From: a virus
IMG/VR virus record: IMGVR_UViG_3300034107_000273
Location: 32,001-96,000 of that record
DNA: 64,000 nucleotides
Reading direction: 5' to 3' (one strand)
The notes under the pieces were generated by a model, which was given only the letters and a program-made list of their open reading frames with translations, did no database searches and had not been told where the DNA came from. Shown here in pieces: positions 28,735 to 39,244 of the stretch. Each line of letters begins with the position of its first letter. The first letter of the stretch is position 1. A program made the position numbers and the translations under genes.

Positions 28735-28884
28735 TGCCAAAAAAGAAGGCTGGATCATTTAATGCAACACAAATTAAAGATGGAAAGGTTGTTCGTTTAA
28801 ATAAAAACGGTACAATTAAATCTATTATTAGTGACTATATTGTAAAACATCCTAAGAAAGATTAATCTATTTAACGGGGAGAGC

Positions 28885-29304
28885 ATGACATATATATTAG
28901 CCATTGGCTTGACATTGCTGTCTATATCCTCTATAATTATAATAGCAGTAAAAAGAAGTAAAAAGTATTTTACTAAAGTTGTATATACACAAAGTGATAT
29001 ACATCAAATAGTAAAAAACTTTATTCCAAAAGATCTTTTTGAAATGCCAAAACCGCTTTCTCAAGCAAGAAAGCATATACGTAATAATACAGTAAAGGTT
29101 TTGATAATAGAAGATCAGGCATATTGGGTACATAACAATATGTTTTATGTGGCTGATACAGTTGAAGGACTAGTAAGTCCAGAAACAGTCAGGCCAGTTG
29201 ATACAAACAATATGTCAAAGCGAGATATTGATAAGATGCTATTCATTTTGGATAGCTTAAAGAATGGGAATTCTGATGATAGTAGCAGTACATGGAACAA
29301 CTGA
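28885..29304 (+). CDS. Membrane-anchored hypothetical protein
   Basis: N-terminal TM segment. Confidence 0.65.
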   Translation: MTYILAIGLTLLSISSIIIIAVKRSKKYFTKVVYTQSDIHQIVKNFIPKDLFEMPKPLSQARKHIRNNTVKVLIIEDQAYWVHNNMFYVADTVEGLVSPETVRPVDTNNMSKRDIDKMLFILDSLKNGNSDDSSSTWNN

Positions 29305-29626
29305 CTTTGATGATTATCAAGTCTTTCTTCGTGCTATGGGTGTTGCTCTTTCTGGAATGCAAGACGGAGAAAAAGAGTTTATAGTTTATTCAGCAGGTCC
29401 AGCATCTGTTAATTCTTTCGTATCTGAATTCTGTAACCTTTCTGAAAGAGGAATGAAATCTCGTGGCCGTAAGATTAAATTTATGCAGGTACCTACATGG
29501 TACATTGAAGAAAACATTAATAGTGTAAATTATCTTGTATTTCTTAGCAAGCCTAAGCAGCCTGTATCAAAACTTGTTACAACTGCTGAACAAAATAACA
29601 TTGAAGTTGGAATTTTCCGATACTAA
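29276..29626 (+). CDS. Hypothetical protein (SLOG-like)
   Basis: IVAVHGTTDFDDY start. Confidence 0.5.
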   Translation: MIVAVHGTTDFDDYQVFLRAMGVALSGMQDGEKEFIVYSAGPASVNSFVSEFCNLSERGMKSRGRKIKFMQVPTWYIEENINSVNYLVFLSKPKQPVSKLVTTAEQNNIEVGIFRY

Positions 29627-29636
29627 AGGGGTAAAA

Positions 29637-29846
29637 ATGATAGTAAATAATTTAGAAACAATGGAAAAGATTGTGTCAAAGAACTACAATCTTCATTGGG
29701 ATGGTTGGACAGTAGTAGAAACAAAACAGTCTGATATGGCAAAGACTGCAATTAATGGAATTTATCGTAAAGGTAAGTGGTTCTTAGCAAAGAATTTTGT
29801 ACCTGATCGTAAAGGCTGGGATATTCCAAACAGATATAAGGTATAA
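29637..29846 (+). CDS. Hypothetical protein
   Basis: ORF with GGGG SD. Confidence 0.6.
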   Translation: MIVNNLETMEKIVSKNYNLHWDGWTVVETKQSDMAKTAINGIYRKGKWFLAKNFVPDRKGWDIPNRYKV

Positions 29847-29848
29847 AT

Positions 29849-30136
29849 ATGAAGCAACACTTATGGAAAGATGAAGGTGCTTGCTTTGATATGGACACAA
29901 ATTTATTTTTTGATAAATATGAAGACGATGAATTGATTAGACCAATAATAGATAATCTTTGTCAATCATGTCCAGTTCAAAGAATATGTTTTGCCAATGG
30001 TGTATCTGGTAAAGAGTGGGGAATTTGGGGCGGTATTTACCTAGAAAATGGTGAAATATCTAGAGAGTTTAGTAAACATAGAACAAAAGAAAAGTGGGGT
30101 GAAGTATGGAAATCTCTAACAATGGAGAAGAATTAA
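29849..30136 (+). CDS. whiB: WhiB-family Fe-S transcription factor
   Basis: C...FF...CQSCPVQRIC and GIWGG turn. Confidence 0.9.
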   Translation: MKQHLWKDEGACFDMDTNLFFDKYEDDELIRPIIDNLCQSCPVQRICFANGVSGKEWGIWGGIYLENGEISREFSKHRTKEKWGEVWKSLTMEKN

Positions 30137-30408
30137 CAAGCTTTGAAGCAATGTCTTCTATACTTGGTGAGCTTTGGATGGACTATAAGTCTGACAAATA
30201 CTTCAAAGACTTTATTGAGTATAATGATATTGGATTACCAATTGCATTTTTAGTTGATAATGAACTTGTAGAACCAACACAATTAGCTAAGCAATATGTT
30301 TATGAAACTTGGAATATATTTTTAGCAGCATTAGAAATTACAGAAGATCTTGGCTGGGAATCTCTTGAAGAGATTTTTAATTTTGTAGAAAAGAAAAATC
30401 AAAAATAA
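30106..30408 (+). CDS. Hypothetical protein
   Basis: FIEYNDIGLPIA motif. Confidence 0.6.
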   Translation: MEISNNGEELTSFEAMSSILGELWMDYKSDKYFKDFIEYNDIGLPIAFLVDNELVEPTQLAKQYVYETWNIFLAALEITEDLGWESLEEIFNFVEKKNQK

Positions 30409-30638
30409 TGTATACAGATACTATGCGTAGAGCAGTTCGTTCTATTACTTCTCCTAAAAATTTTGGAGTAGAGATTATTGATAATGAACATTTTTTAACT
30501 ATTAAATTAAACGAATATGACTTTATTACAATGAATCATGATGAAAAAATCCAAGCATTACAGTATGTTGTACAACTTAAAAGTGCATTAGAGATGGAAG
30601 GTGCTATAGTGTTAGTTACAAGGGAGCCTATAAAATAA
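30408..30638 (+). CDS. Hypothetical protein
   Basis: Coupled ORF. Confidence 0.6.
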   Translation: MYTDTMRRAVRSITSPKNFGVEIIDNEHFLTIKLNEYDFITMNHDEKIQALQYVVQLKSALEMEGAIVLVTREPIK

Positions 30639-31048
30639 TGACAACTGTAGAAATAATCTTAAGTATACTATCTGTATTTTTGTTTATTGTATCTATTAGA
30701 TTAACCTTCAGAGTATATAATCTAATAAATAGAATAAGTATATTGTCTGTGGCTTATGCTAAAATTGAATCATTAACTTCTTTAAAAGACAATAATGATA
30801 TGAATAATGATGTTCATAAAGAGAACTTTATTAAATTCTTATCAGATTCTCGTGATTGGGCATATCAATATATCAAAGATGTTCAAGACAGTTTAGAAAA
30901 GTTTGTAAACGAAGTTGAGCCAGAGATTGCATATTTTGATGAGTACGGACTTGTTGGTGATGCATACCCACATTATCACTCAATGAAAAAAATATCATCA
31001 GAGTATAAAGAATTAAAGAAGTTGTTACCAAGTGAGGAAACAAAATGA
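30638..31048 (+). CDS. Membrane-anchored hypothetical protein
   Basis: N-terminal TM segment. Confidence 0.6.
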   Translation: MTTVEIILSILSVFLFIVSIRLTFRVYNLINRISILSVAYAKIESLTSLKDNNDMNNDVHKENFIKFLSDSRDWAYQYIKDVQDSLEKFVNEVEPEIAYFDEYGLVGDAYPHYHSMKKISSEYKELKKLLPSEETK

Positions 31049-31203
31049 AAGATATTTTATTATCAACATTAACAGGTTTTGGATGTGGTGTCGTGTTTGC
31101 TGCATTCAAATTACCAGTCCCAGCTCCACCAGTTTTTGCGGGAGTCGCAGGAATTATTGGACTATGGATTGGTTTTACAATACTAACACGAATTATATCC
31201 TAG
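31045..31203 (+). CDS. XapX/DUF1427-like membrane protein (not in ORF track)
   Basis: MKDILLSTLTGFGCGVVFAAFKLPVPAPPVFAGVAGIIGLWIG. Confidence 0.7.
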   Translation: MKDILLSTLTGFGCGVVFAAFKLPVPAPPVFAGVAGIIGLWIGFTILTRIIS

Positions 31204-31211
31204 GAGGAAAA

Positions 31212-31514
31212 ATGAATACAACACAACTAAAGGCACTACTTGCATCATATGGACGATCAGTTCTTGCTTCAGGTCTTGCCCTATATATGGCAGGCGTTAC
31301 AGATCCAAAGGATCTATGGACAGCACTAGTTGCTGCACTAGCACCAGTTGCAATTAGAGCAATCAACCCTAACGACAAGGCTTTTGGTATCTTGCCAGAT
31401 GCTAGCGCCGTAGAAGAGGCTCTGAAGGCTGCTAAGGCACCTGCAAAGGCACCTGCAAAGAAGACTGCTAACCCAAAGGTTGCAACAAGAGCAGATAAGA
31501 AAGCTCCAAAGTAA
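31212..31514 (+). CDS. Holin-like membrane protein
   Basis: AGGAGG SD; two TMs, INPNDKAFG, Lys/Ala tail. Confidence 0.6.
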   Translation: MNTTQLKALLASYGRSVLASGLALYMAGVTDPKDLWTALVAALAPVAIRAINPNDKAFGILPDASAVEEALKAAKAPAKAPAKKTANPKVATRADKKAPK

Positions 31515-31528
31515 TTAATAAAAAATAG

Positions 31529-31560
31529 AGGGGCCAGTCTAGAAATAGGCTGGCCCTTTT
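31529..31560 (+). terminator. Intrinsic terminator
   Basis: GGGCCAGTCTA/TAGGCTGGCCC stem followed by Ts. Confidence 0.75.
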
Positions 31561-31579
31561 ACTGCTATAATTAAAACAT

Positions 31580-32266
31580 ATGTCAAAAACAGCTCTCATA
31601 ATGTGTACTTATATAAGGTTTGAAAACCTTAAAATGACTTTAGGATGCCTACAAAGGCAAACTAATCAAGACTTTGATTTTTATATAGTTGATAATTCTA
31701 ATAGACATGATAAACTATTAGGGTATATTAAAAAATTTGGCAACGGAATTGATGTAACTGTACATAACTACCAGAATGACTTTAAACAATTTGCTAGGTT
31801 CTTGTTAGCAAGAGAACTGGCTGAACAAGGATATGAAAAGATAATCTTTATTGATGATGATGAGATTATTCCAGATACTTTTATACAAGAGTGTCATGAT
31901 CAGTATGAAGAAAATTCTGTTAAAACATTTTGGGCTCATTTTGTAGATAGTATATACAATAAAAAAATAAAATTAGAACATAACGAAATAGGAAACTATG
32001 CAGGAACAGGTGGTTTGATATGTCACTCAAGTTTATTTCTTAATGATGATTTTTTTGATTGCCCAGAGGATTACTGGATCATTGATGATCTTTGGTTATC
32101 TTTTTACATATTAAAACATACAAACCTTAAGATTAAAGAGCTTAAAACAAACATACATTTTATAAAAGACAACAAAGCAACATTTATGACTCTTGGTAAC
32201 TTAAAGCAAAAATTTTCTGAAGAATTTATTATTCCAGTATCTAAGTCTTTAGGGCTAAAGATTTAA
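31580..32266 (+). CDS. Glycosyltransferase, GT2-like
   Basis: IMCTY, IVDN, FIDDD, DDLWLS. Confidence 0.8.
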   Translation: MSKTALIMCTYIRFENLKMTLGCLQRQTNQDFDFYIVDNSNRHDKLLGYIKKFGNGIDVTVHNYQNDFKQFARFLLARELAEQGYEKIIFIDDDEIIPDTFIQECHDQYEENSVKTFWAHFVDSIYNKKIKLEHNEIGNYAGTGGLICHSSLFLNDDFFDCPEDYWIIDDLWLSFYILKHTNLKIKELKTNIHFIKDNKATFMTLGNLKQKFSEEFIIPVSKSLGLKI

Positions 32267-33289
32267 TAAGTCTTGATATTTTTGATATAAAACTTCATTA
32301 GAAAAATTATTAAATCCTATATCAAAAGCCTTAGATTTAGCGGTAGAGATATCACTATCATAGTAATGATCAATTAAACTAGCAAGCATCTTAGCATCAC
32401 CCTCATATACATCAAGCATTGTACGAGTCATTAGCCTATCAGTCTTTACAGAATCTACAAGCCATTCTTTTGGAAGTATACTGTTGTTGGGAGATACATT
32501 GGTCATAAAAACGGGTAGAGAGGCCAATAGAGCTTCGTTCATAGGCAAACACAACCCTGCATATCTTCTAGGCAAGATCATAGCGTCATAGCCCTCATAT
32601 AGGCTTTCTCGTGAGTCTGGACTAGAGGTATCAATAGTCAGTCTTGGATCATCGCAGGGTATGTCCAAAGGTGTCTGACTCTTAATAACAAGTTCATAAT
32701 CAGCATTAGAATATTTAAGCATTTCAACTACTGTATTTGTACCATTTCTGTCCTTTACCGCAGCCTTTCCACCAATATGTAGTATTTTTTTATGTGTCTT
32801 AGATGTGTTAATCTTATTTGCATTAGCAAACAATTCTACTCTTGTTGGAGGGGGAAGATGAACAACCATTGATCTATCGCTAAATTTTGTTACAACATCT
32901 TCAAAGTTCCAGAGACTAGGGGAAACTAAAATATCTGGTAGTTCAACATCTGGGTTTACTAAATAATCTAAAAACTCATAGTTATATTGAAGAATAGTTT
33001 TAACTTTTCTTTTCTTAGCCATATTGACAAAAGAGCTATGATAAAAGATTTCACAACTAATTACTACATCTAAATCATCTAAGAATTCATATACTTCTTC
33101 TCTAGAAGCCATGCCACGCTTAGTAGTTGTAACATTATATCCTGAGTACCATTCTGGATGTTGTTTATTTCCATTGAAGTGTGATGAATCAATAAGAAGG
33201 ATCTTACTAGGATTAAGCATCTTAACTAATTCCATAGTTTGATTACCTAAACCAGTGTTATCAGATCTTGCGATGATTCCTAATCTCAT
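32255..33289 (-). CDS. Glycosyltransferase, GT4-like
   Basis: PRRYAGLCLPMNEALLASLPV. Confidence 0.8.
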   Translation of the reverse strand: MRLGIIARSDNTGLGNQTMELVKMLNPSKILLIDSSHFNGNKQHPEWYSGYNVTTTKRGMASREEVYEFLDDLDVVISCEIFYHSSFVNMAKKRKVKTILQYNYEFLDYLVNPDVELPDILVSPSLWNFEDVVTKFSDRSMVVHLPPPTRVELFANANKINTSKTHKKILHIGGKAAVKDRNGTNTVVEMLKYSNADYELVIKSQTPLDIPCDDPRLTIDTSSPDSRESLYEGYDAMILPRRYAGLCLPMNEALLASLPVFMTNVSPNNSILPKEWLVDSVKTDRLMTRTMLDVYEGDAKMLASLIDHYYDSDISTAKSKAFDIGFNNFSNEVLYQKYQDLLNL

Positions 33290-33951
33290 AAGTCCATCTC
33301 TCTATAAAGCTGTCTTAATCCTTTTAGTGTTCCAATATCCATATATTTACCTCCAGGCTTTACTGCCATTATATTTCTACCGTCTAATATCCAGTCCTTG
33401 ATTTGTTTTCCAGGATGCTCTAGTGTTGGATCTAAATATCTAATCATGTTTTTTCTAAACATCATAGTGCCCCACATGTCTGGATAATCACAATCTTCTA
33501 CTTTATCTTCAGAGCCAATTACTTTATCTCCAGAAACTAAAACCTGTCCAACACGACCTTTTATATCATTACTGCACTCCCAAACACCTAGAACTAAATC
33601 AGCATTTGTTTCTTTCATCATTGCTTTATAAATATTTACTGGTGAATTCAAGATATAAGTATCTGGCATACCAACAAGAACGGTATCATTTTGCTCACCA
33701 ACCATAAACTTTACGGCATCTGACATTGTTGACGGTTCACGAACAATTAACTTAACATTCATATCCATGTTTTGTATAATAGGAACCCATTCAGCCCTAG
33801 TTGATATACGAACTTCATCACATACTTCTAACATTTGTTCTACATGCCATTGAAGCAAAGATCTTTCATCAGATATAGGCAAACAAAACTTTGGTATACC
33901 GCCAATTCTAGATGCTTTTCCAGATGCTGGTAAAATTCCTATTGTTTGCAT
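33286..33951 (-). CDS. Sugar-phosphate nucleotidyltransferase-like protein
   Basis: GILPASGKASR, PKFCLP, YMDIGT. Confidence 0.8.
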   Translation of the reverse strand: MQTIGILPASGKASRIGGIPKFCLPISDERSLLQWHVEQMLEVCDEVRISTRAEWVPIIQNMDMNVKLIVREPSTMSDAVKFMVGEQNDTVLVGMPDTYILNSPVNIYKAMMKETNADLVLGVWECSNDIKGRVGQVLVSGDKVIGSEDKVEDCDYPDMWGTMMFRKNMIRYLDPTLEHPGKQIKDWILDGRNIMAVKPGGKYMDIGTLKGLRQLYREMDL

Positions 33952-34739
33952 TAGATTAACCCATAGTTTTTCTTTAAAGTTTCTATACTATTTACTGGCC
34001 AATAATCTAAAGATTTTGTAGGATCATTGAATGGATACTTATATTCGCCCCATCCTTCTCTTGTTCTATCTCCGCCCCACTTAGACTTAAAGTAATCATG
34101 AAGAGGTTCAATATTAATTCTTAGTCCGTCTATTGTTGCACCGCCGTCTATTTGACATGTTACATCAACTTCTGCAGCAGGGGCGTTTATTCTCATTACA
34201 TAACTTATAGGTGTGTTAGAATGTACAAACTGACTACGCCAAGAAACTTCAACATCCGAATTAGGATTGCTCATAACTTGTTCTTCAAGTATTCTGCACC
34301 TTTGATCCCAGTCACAATCATCAAAATTGTAAGGATAAAAGTTTTCATCAAAGTATCCAATTGCTGCAACCAGCTTTTTATTTATTCCAGCTAAATGCCA
34401 TCCATGCTGTGTCCTAAACATTAGACCATTAAATCCATCAAGCATATCAACTATATGAGAAAAAGGTTTATTAAATAACATTGAAGACGAAACAAAAAAG
34501 GTCCAGTCATGGTTCTTTTTTAATCCTATGTTCCATGCTCTTGCCAAACCAATATTCTCTGATTGATACTCTACTTGAAAGCCATATTTTTTTTCAAATA
34601 CTTCACACTCTCTATTACCGCTATTATCTATAAGTAAAACATTTTTATCTCGTATAGATTCCATGCAGTTGTATATTCTTTCTGTTACTCTATAAATAGG
34701 TATACAAATTAAGTAGTCAATCTTAGTATCTGTTTCCAT
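33951..34739 (-). CDS. Glycosyltransferase, GT2-like
   Basis: LIDNS, NIGLARAWNIG, GYFDENFYP. Confidence 0.75.
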   Translation of the reverse strand: METDTKIDYLICIPIYRVTERIYNCMESIRDKNVLLIDNSGNRECEVFEKKYGFQVEYQSENIGLARAWNIGLKKNHDWTFFVSSSMLFNKPFSHIVDMLDGFNGLMFRTQHGWHLAGINKKLVAAIGYFDENFYPYNFDDCDWDQRCRILEEQVMSNPNSDVEVSWRSQFVHSNTPISYVMRINAPAAEVDVTCQIDGGATIDGLRINIEPLHDYFKSKWGGDRTREGWGEYKYPFNDPTKSLDYWPVNSIETLKKNYGLI

Positions 34740-35421
34740 AAATATAACCTCCTCGTTCTGGGCTGCCTAAAATTTCTAATCCAAATTGCTTAGATAGCTT
34801 TTCAACCATAATTCCAAATCTGCCGTCAAAAGATTTATCAAACTCAAGCGTAATATATTTAATCTTTGCAAGTGTTTCAGGTGGCGTATTAATGATAAGA
34901 TCAAACTCAGCACCTTCAATGTCTATTTTTACAACATCTATTTCATCAATACCATATAGGTCAATAAAGTCTTGAATGGTTATTGCTAAAACTTCTACAG
35001 ATTCATCATTTGTTTCATTAATAATGCTGCTATTTCCGCCTTTATTGGTAATAAGAACAGTCTTTTGTTCATGCCAGATAGCATTATTTATAACTGTAAT
35101 ATTTTCTGTTGGATTGTTTTTAATATTTTCTTTTAGTAATAAAAGATTGTTAGGCTCTGGTTCAACAGAGTAAACCTTTATTTTGTTATATTCATCTCTA
35201 ACTTTGTTAAAGTTATCTACATATAAGCTAACGGACCCAATATTTGCTCCAATATCAAGAAAAACTGCATTGTCTTTAAATTGATACTCATGTATTCTAT
35301 AAACATTTTCATTCCATGTTTCATCAATTACCTTATAGTCTAAGTTATGATCATTGCTTGGATCATCAAGAAAACTTCTAATTTCAAATGAGTAGTTTTC
35401 ATTTATTGTTTTATAATTCAT
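34723..35421 (-). CDS. FkbM-family methyltransferase
   Basis: LDIGANIG, VEP, KIDIEGAE. Confidence 0.9.
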   Translation of the reverse strand: MNYKTINENYSFEIRSFLDDPSNDHNLDYKVIDETWNENVYRIHEYQFKDNAVFLDIGANIGSVSLYVDNFNKVRDEYNKIKVYSVEPEPNNLLLLKENIKNNPTENITVINNAIWHEQKTVLITNKGGNSSIINETNDESVEVLAITIQDFIDLYGIDEIDVVKIDIEGAEFDLIINTPPETLAKIKYITLEFDKSFDGRFGIMVEKLSKQFGLEILGSPERGGYIYGNRY

Positions 35422-36359
35422 ATTCCTAGATCCTCTAGTATTTTTTGCCATCTATGTTTATAAGTATAATTACTCTTAACCAAACTATGCCCTGCTAATC
35501 TAATCTTTTCACGTTCATCATCATTCTCAATGTAGTAATCAATTAATTGTTGAAGTTGTTCAAAATTATTATATTCATAAAAAACAACATGCTCTCTATC
35601 AGTAAATTCTTTTTCAAGTCCAGGTACGTATGGGTGTATTAAGAATCCTCCGCGACCAAGAGTTTCATAAATTCTATCTGACCAATAGTCAGGGTAATTA
35701 AAATCAATACATAAAGTATCACCAACCACTACCTTGGTAGACCAATAAAGTTTATTTAGATCTAGCCCTCTTATTGATCTAACTCCACCATTTCCATAAT
35801 GCTCAAATCTATTTCCATATGTTTTGTCTAGCCAATCAATTAATTTTGGACGGTAAGGCCATTCAGAATGATACTTTTTACTACCAACAAATAGAACATC
35901 ATGCTTTTTGGTAACATCCCTAATAGTACATTCAGGACCAAATACACCAGCAGGCAAGTAGTGGCCTTTAACTTCAGTCTTTTCGTTAAACCAGTTTGCC
36001 ATCTGACTATCAACAGTAAAGAAATGATCAATCATTTTGTATACAGGAAATGACTCAAGATCTTTTTGTCTTTGAAGCCCAAACCATAAATCAAGATGGT
36101 ATGTCATGCTTGGAATAGATAAAGTTTTTAATGTTTGAAGAAGTTTTTCCATGCTGATCTTGCCTTGTGTTTCCCAGCCATGTGTGTGTATCCAAATAAA
36201 CAGATCGCTACTTACGCATGCAGCTAAAATATCTTCTGATCTAGCCTCAGACTCTTGCATTCTTATTACATTATGTCCAAGTTCCTCTAAAGATTTTGCA
36301 TGGTGAGATTCGCTTGTGTAGTCAACACGAAAGTTACCTAAAAAAACTATATTTGACAA
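35418..36359 (-). CDS. Glycosyltransferase (CgeB-like GT-B)
   Basis: SDRIYETLGRGGFL, REKIRLAG; probable TTG start after GGGGAA. Confidence 0.8.
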   Translation of the reverse strand: MSNIVFLGNFRVDYTSESHHAKSLEELGHNVIRMQESEARSEDILAACVSSDLFIWIHTHGWETQGKISMEKLLQTLKTLSIPSMTYHLDLWFGLQRQKDLESFPVYKMIDHFFTVDSQMANWFNEKTEVKGHYLPAGVFGPECTIRDVTKKHDVLFVGSKKYHSEWPYRPKLIDWLDKTYGNRFEHYGNGGVRSIRGLDLNKLYWSTKVVVGDTLCIDFNYPDYWSDRIYETLGRGGFLIHPYVPGLEKEFTDREHVVFYEYNNFEQLQQLIDYYIENDDEREKIRLAGHSLVKSNYTYKHRWQKILEDLGI

Positions 36360-36401
36360 CGATTCCCCCATTTTATTATAAAACAATTGTATCATGCTTT
36401 G

Positions 36402-36474
36402 TACCCCTGGCAGGAATTGAACCTGCGACACCAGGCTTAGAAGTCCTGTGTTCTATCCACTGAACTACAGAGGT
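36402..36474 (-). tRNA. tRNA-Arg(TCT)
   Basis: Cloverleaf; anticodon loop CTTCTAA; GTTCAAT T-loop. Confidence 0.9.
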
Positions 36475-36475
36475 T

Positions 36476-36551
36476 TGGAGCGAAAGACGAGATTTGAACT
36501 CGCAACATCTACCTTGGCAAGGTAGTACTCTACCAATTGAGTTACTTCCGC
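36476..36551 (-). tRNA. tRNA-Gly(GCC)
   Basis: Cloverleaf; loop TTGCCAA; encoded CCA. Confidence 0.92.
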
Positions 36552-36555
36552 ATTG

Positions 36556-36628
36556 CTGGTCTGACAGGCTACGATCCTGTGACATCCGAATTAACAGTTC
36601 GGCGCTCTACCAACTGAGCTACAGACCA
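36556..36628 (-). tRNA. tRNA-Asn(GTT)
   Basis: Cloverleaf; loop CTGTTAA; atypical T-loop GATCGTAG. Confidence 0.85.
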
Positions 36629-36632
36629 CTAG

Positions 36633-36706
36633 TGCACCAGGTAGGACTTGAACCTACGACGACCAAATTATGAGTTTGGGGCTCTAACCAACTGAGCTAC
36701 TGGAGC
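36633..36706 (-). tRNA. tRNA-CAT (Ile2 or elongator Met)
   Basis: Cloverleaf; loop CTCATAA; one acceptor-stem mismatch. Confidence 0.85.
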
Positions 36707-36816
36707 TAATACCATTTATTCTTTATCTTGTTTAATACCAATAGTCATTACAAGATATGATAGTCCATACCCTGAAAAGAATGCTATTAATCCAAATACA
36801 AGTGCTTCTGCTGTAT

Positions 36817-37050
36817 TCATTTGTTTTCCTTTTCTAATTCTATTTCATCTCTACGCCAATGTAAAAATGATTTAATATAAACTATGGCATAAGCAATTGC
36901 AGAAAAAATAAAACCATATTGTTTTGTAATTACTGCATAAGTTATCCAAAGAATTTCATTAAAGCAAAGTACAACCCATCCCCATATAGTCTTGCGACCT
37001 ACAAAGTAAATTCCTGCTACGCCTATTACTGCTAATACCCAAGACCACAT
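36817..37050 (-). CDS. PnuC-like small membrane protein
   Basis: Three TMs, GRKTIWGW, QYGF. Confidence 0.6.
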   Translation of the reverse strand: MWSWVLAVIGVAGIYFVGRKTIWGWVVLCFNEILWITYAVITKQYGFIFSAIAYAIVYIKSFLHWRRDEIELEKENK

Positions 37051-37171
37051 TTATGCACCAATGGTTGGCATTATTTTATCACATGGGCACATGATAGATT
37101 CAGCTAAATCACCCTTAGCTTCAATAGTAATCTTTGTCCCGCACTCTGGATCTTCACATACATATATACGC

Positions 37172-37408
37172 TTATTCATTATTTTCCCTTACTTTTTCGT
37201 TTTGTCCTCTTGCAATTGCTGCACACACTTTAAATGCAGCCTTAGTTCTACGACTTTTCATAAAGCCTAAACCGTCCCATACTGGTACAGTAGCCTCAAT
37301 ATCAAGAGCAATCTGCTCTCTAATCTCTTTAACAGTTGTAATGATAAGATCCATTACATAAGCTTTTTGTTCATCATCTAAGTCTTTAGTCCATCCATTT
37401 GTTTCCAT
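37172..37408 (-). CDS. Hypothetical protein
   Basis: Leaderless-type ORF. Confidence 0.55.
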   Translation of the reverse strand: METNGWTKDLDDEQKAYVMDLIITTVKEIREQIALDIEATVPVWDGLGFMKSRRTKAAFKVCAAIARGQNEKVRENNE

Positions 37409-37461
37409 ATGTTAATCATACCAGAAACTCAGCGGTATTGCAAGTGTGGTATGATTATATT

Positions 37462-37626
37462 ATGTATGAATGCGATCACTGGTTAATACCAATAGTATAC
37501 GGATATATGTATGGGGAAATCATTGATAAGGTAGATAACAATGAGGTTGTTTATGGTGGTGCTAGAAAAATTGCAGGCTCACCTGAATGGTTTTGCAATA
37601 GATGCTTGGAAGATATTGATCTTTAA
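37462..37626 (+). CDS. Small Cys-containing protein
   Basis: IPIVYG...WFCNRC; TATGAT upstream. Confidence 0.5.
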   Translation: MYECDHWLIPIVYGYMYGEIIDKVDNNEVVYGGARKIAGSPEWFCNRCLEDIDL

Positions 37627-37824
37627 TTATTGTCTATGCCTTTTCTTATTTCCAAATTTAGCTTTAACCTCAGCCTTAGCCTGATTTACAATTGCGTTCG
37701 TAATGTCTTCAACATTAAACTCTTTCTCATTATCCATTAGTCAATCCTATCTAAATCTTCAAAGCTATTAACACCATACAGATTAATTATTTCTTCAACA
37801 GTAAATTCTAGGTCAAATTGTTTT

Positions 37825-38031
37825 TCAGTATCCATTTAGGCACTCATTTCTCGTGTGATACAGTCTAATCTTTGTCATAATTTTGCGGGATGGGGCAGAG
37901 ATATCCTCTTTACAAGTTAAACATCTATAAGACCATTCACCAGTAAAGAAATCATGTATGTATCCTTTGGCATTGGCATACTTCTTGAATACAAAGGTTT
38001 GAAAAGGATCTGGGATTTCTAGGTTAATCAT
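37825..38031 (-). CDS. Hypothetical Zn-binding protein
   Basis: CLTC...H...C. Confidence 0.55.
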   Translation of the reverse strand: MINLEIPDPFQTFVFKKYANAKGYIHDFFTGEWSYRCLTCKEDISAPSRKIMTKIRLYHTRNECLNGY

Positions 38032-38578
38032 AGTTTTCTTACAAGATCAGCAGCCATTTTAAGACCTTTAACTACACCATCATGATAGTCTTGATTCTTA
38101 ATTATTCTAGCCCTATCCCATACATCATAAGACTCTTGATCTAGTCTATCTGCTATTTCTATTTTTAACATCATTTCATCTAAGCTCATCTTGATCCCAT
38201 TTCTCTGTATTAATTGTATAGTATGTTCCCCACTTTTCATAGGGTTTATTAAGATACTTCCACATTTTTGCATGGTACTTATAAGCCAAACCATTCTTGC
38301 CATCTTCATCATAATCAAAACATTTAACTAAATGATTACCAGCATATCCTCCAAGAAAGTTGCCAAGCCATCTAAGAGGAAGTATCTTTGTTCTGTTTAT
38401 CTTCTGTGACATTCTGAGGAACCCATCTGAGTTTTCCATCTTTATACTCTCTTTCATATCCTAAAGCTTTCCAGTCCATCTGCATAATACGTGGTTCTTT
38501 CATATATTAAGTATACTAAAACAATATAGATATGTCAAGCCTGAAAATACATCTCTATAGATGCTGGAAGTGCCCCAA

Positions 38579-39244
38579 CTACAGCCACTCTTGTTCTCTT
38601 CTTACATCTATATTCCATAAACCGTCTATAGCAAAGTCTTGTGATTTTTTAAGATCATAATATTTTTTATTTTTATGAAAGGTTTCAGCATATCTATTAA
38701 GCAATTCTGAATCACTTTGAATGGTTTGTGATGGTCCAGATGGGGCAACAACTTCAACTGCACGATTATGAAATGTTAATACTTGAGGGTTATCTTGTTT
38801 TGCTATGCGAAAAAATCTTTCTTGATAGTCATCATCTTCACCTGTATATGGGTAAAAATGCTCATCAAATAAGCCAACTTTTCTAACTATATTTTCTCCA
38901 ATAGAAAAACAACTAAATCCTTCACTTGAACCTATTATATTTGATTCACCGCTAACTTCATAAAACTTTTCTAAAGATCCTGGTAGCCAATGTGTATCCG
39001 CAGAAGAAAATAGCCAGTATTTTTCATGAGGATAAAGCTTAATAGTTAAGTTCCACGATCCAGACATTCCTAAATTAGATGGAAGGTTAAGTACCCTAAC
39101 ATTTAAATCTTTTCTCTTAGGTTCGTAATCTTCTTTTCCATTATTGATAATCAATATTTCTTTAATTGGAAAGTCTATTAGGTTTAAATTTTCATCTAAT
39201 AGGTCATATCTGTTTAAAACTGGTATTGATAAAACTGGTATCAT
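38579..39244 (-). CDS. Glycosyltransferase, GT2-like
   Basis: IINNG, NLGMSGSWN, GLFDEHFYP.EDDDY. Confidence 0.75.
   Translation of the reverse strand: MIPVLSIPVLNRYDLLDENLNLIDFPIKEILIINNGKEDYEPKRKDLNVRVLNLPSNLGMSGSWNLTIKLYPHEKYWLFSSADTHWLPGSLEKFYEVSGESNIIGSSEGFSCFSIGENIVRKVGLFDEHFYPYTGEDDDYQERFFRIAKQDNPQVLTFHNRAVEVVAPSGPSQTIQSDSELLNRYAETFHKNKKYYDLKKSQDFAIDGLWNIDVRREQEWL

Noticed and set aside
36376-36585. 69-aa ORF and N-terminal extension of the glycosyltransferase
   Set aside because: Overlap clear tRNA genes
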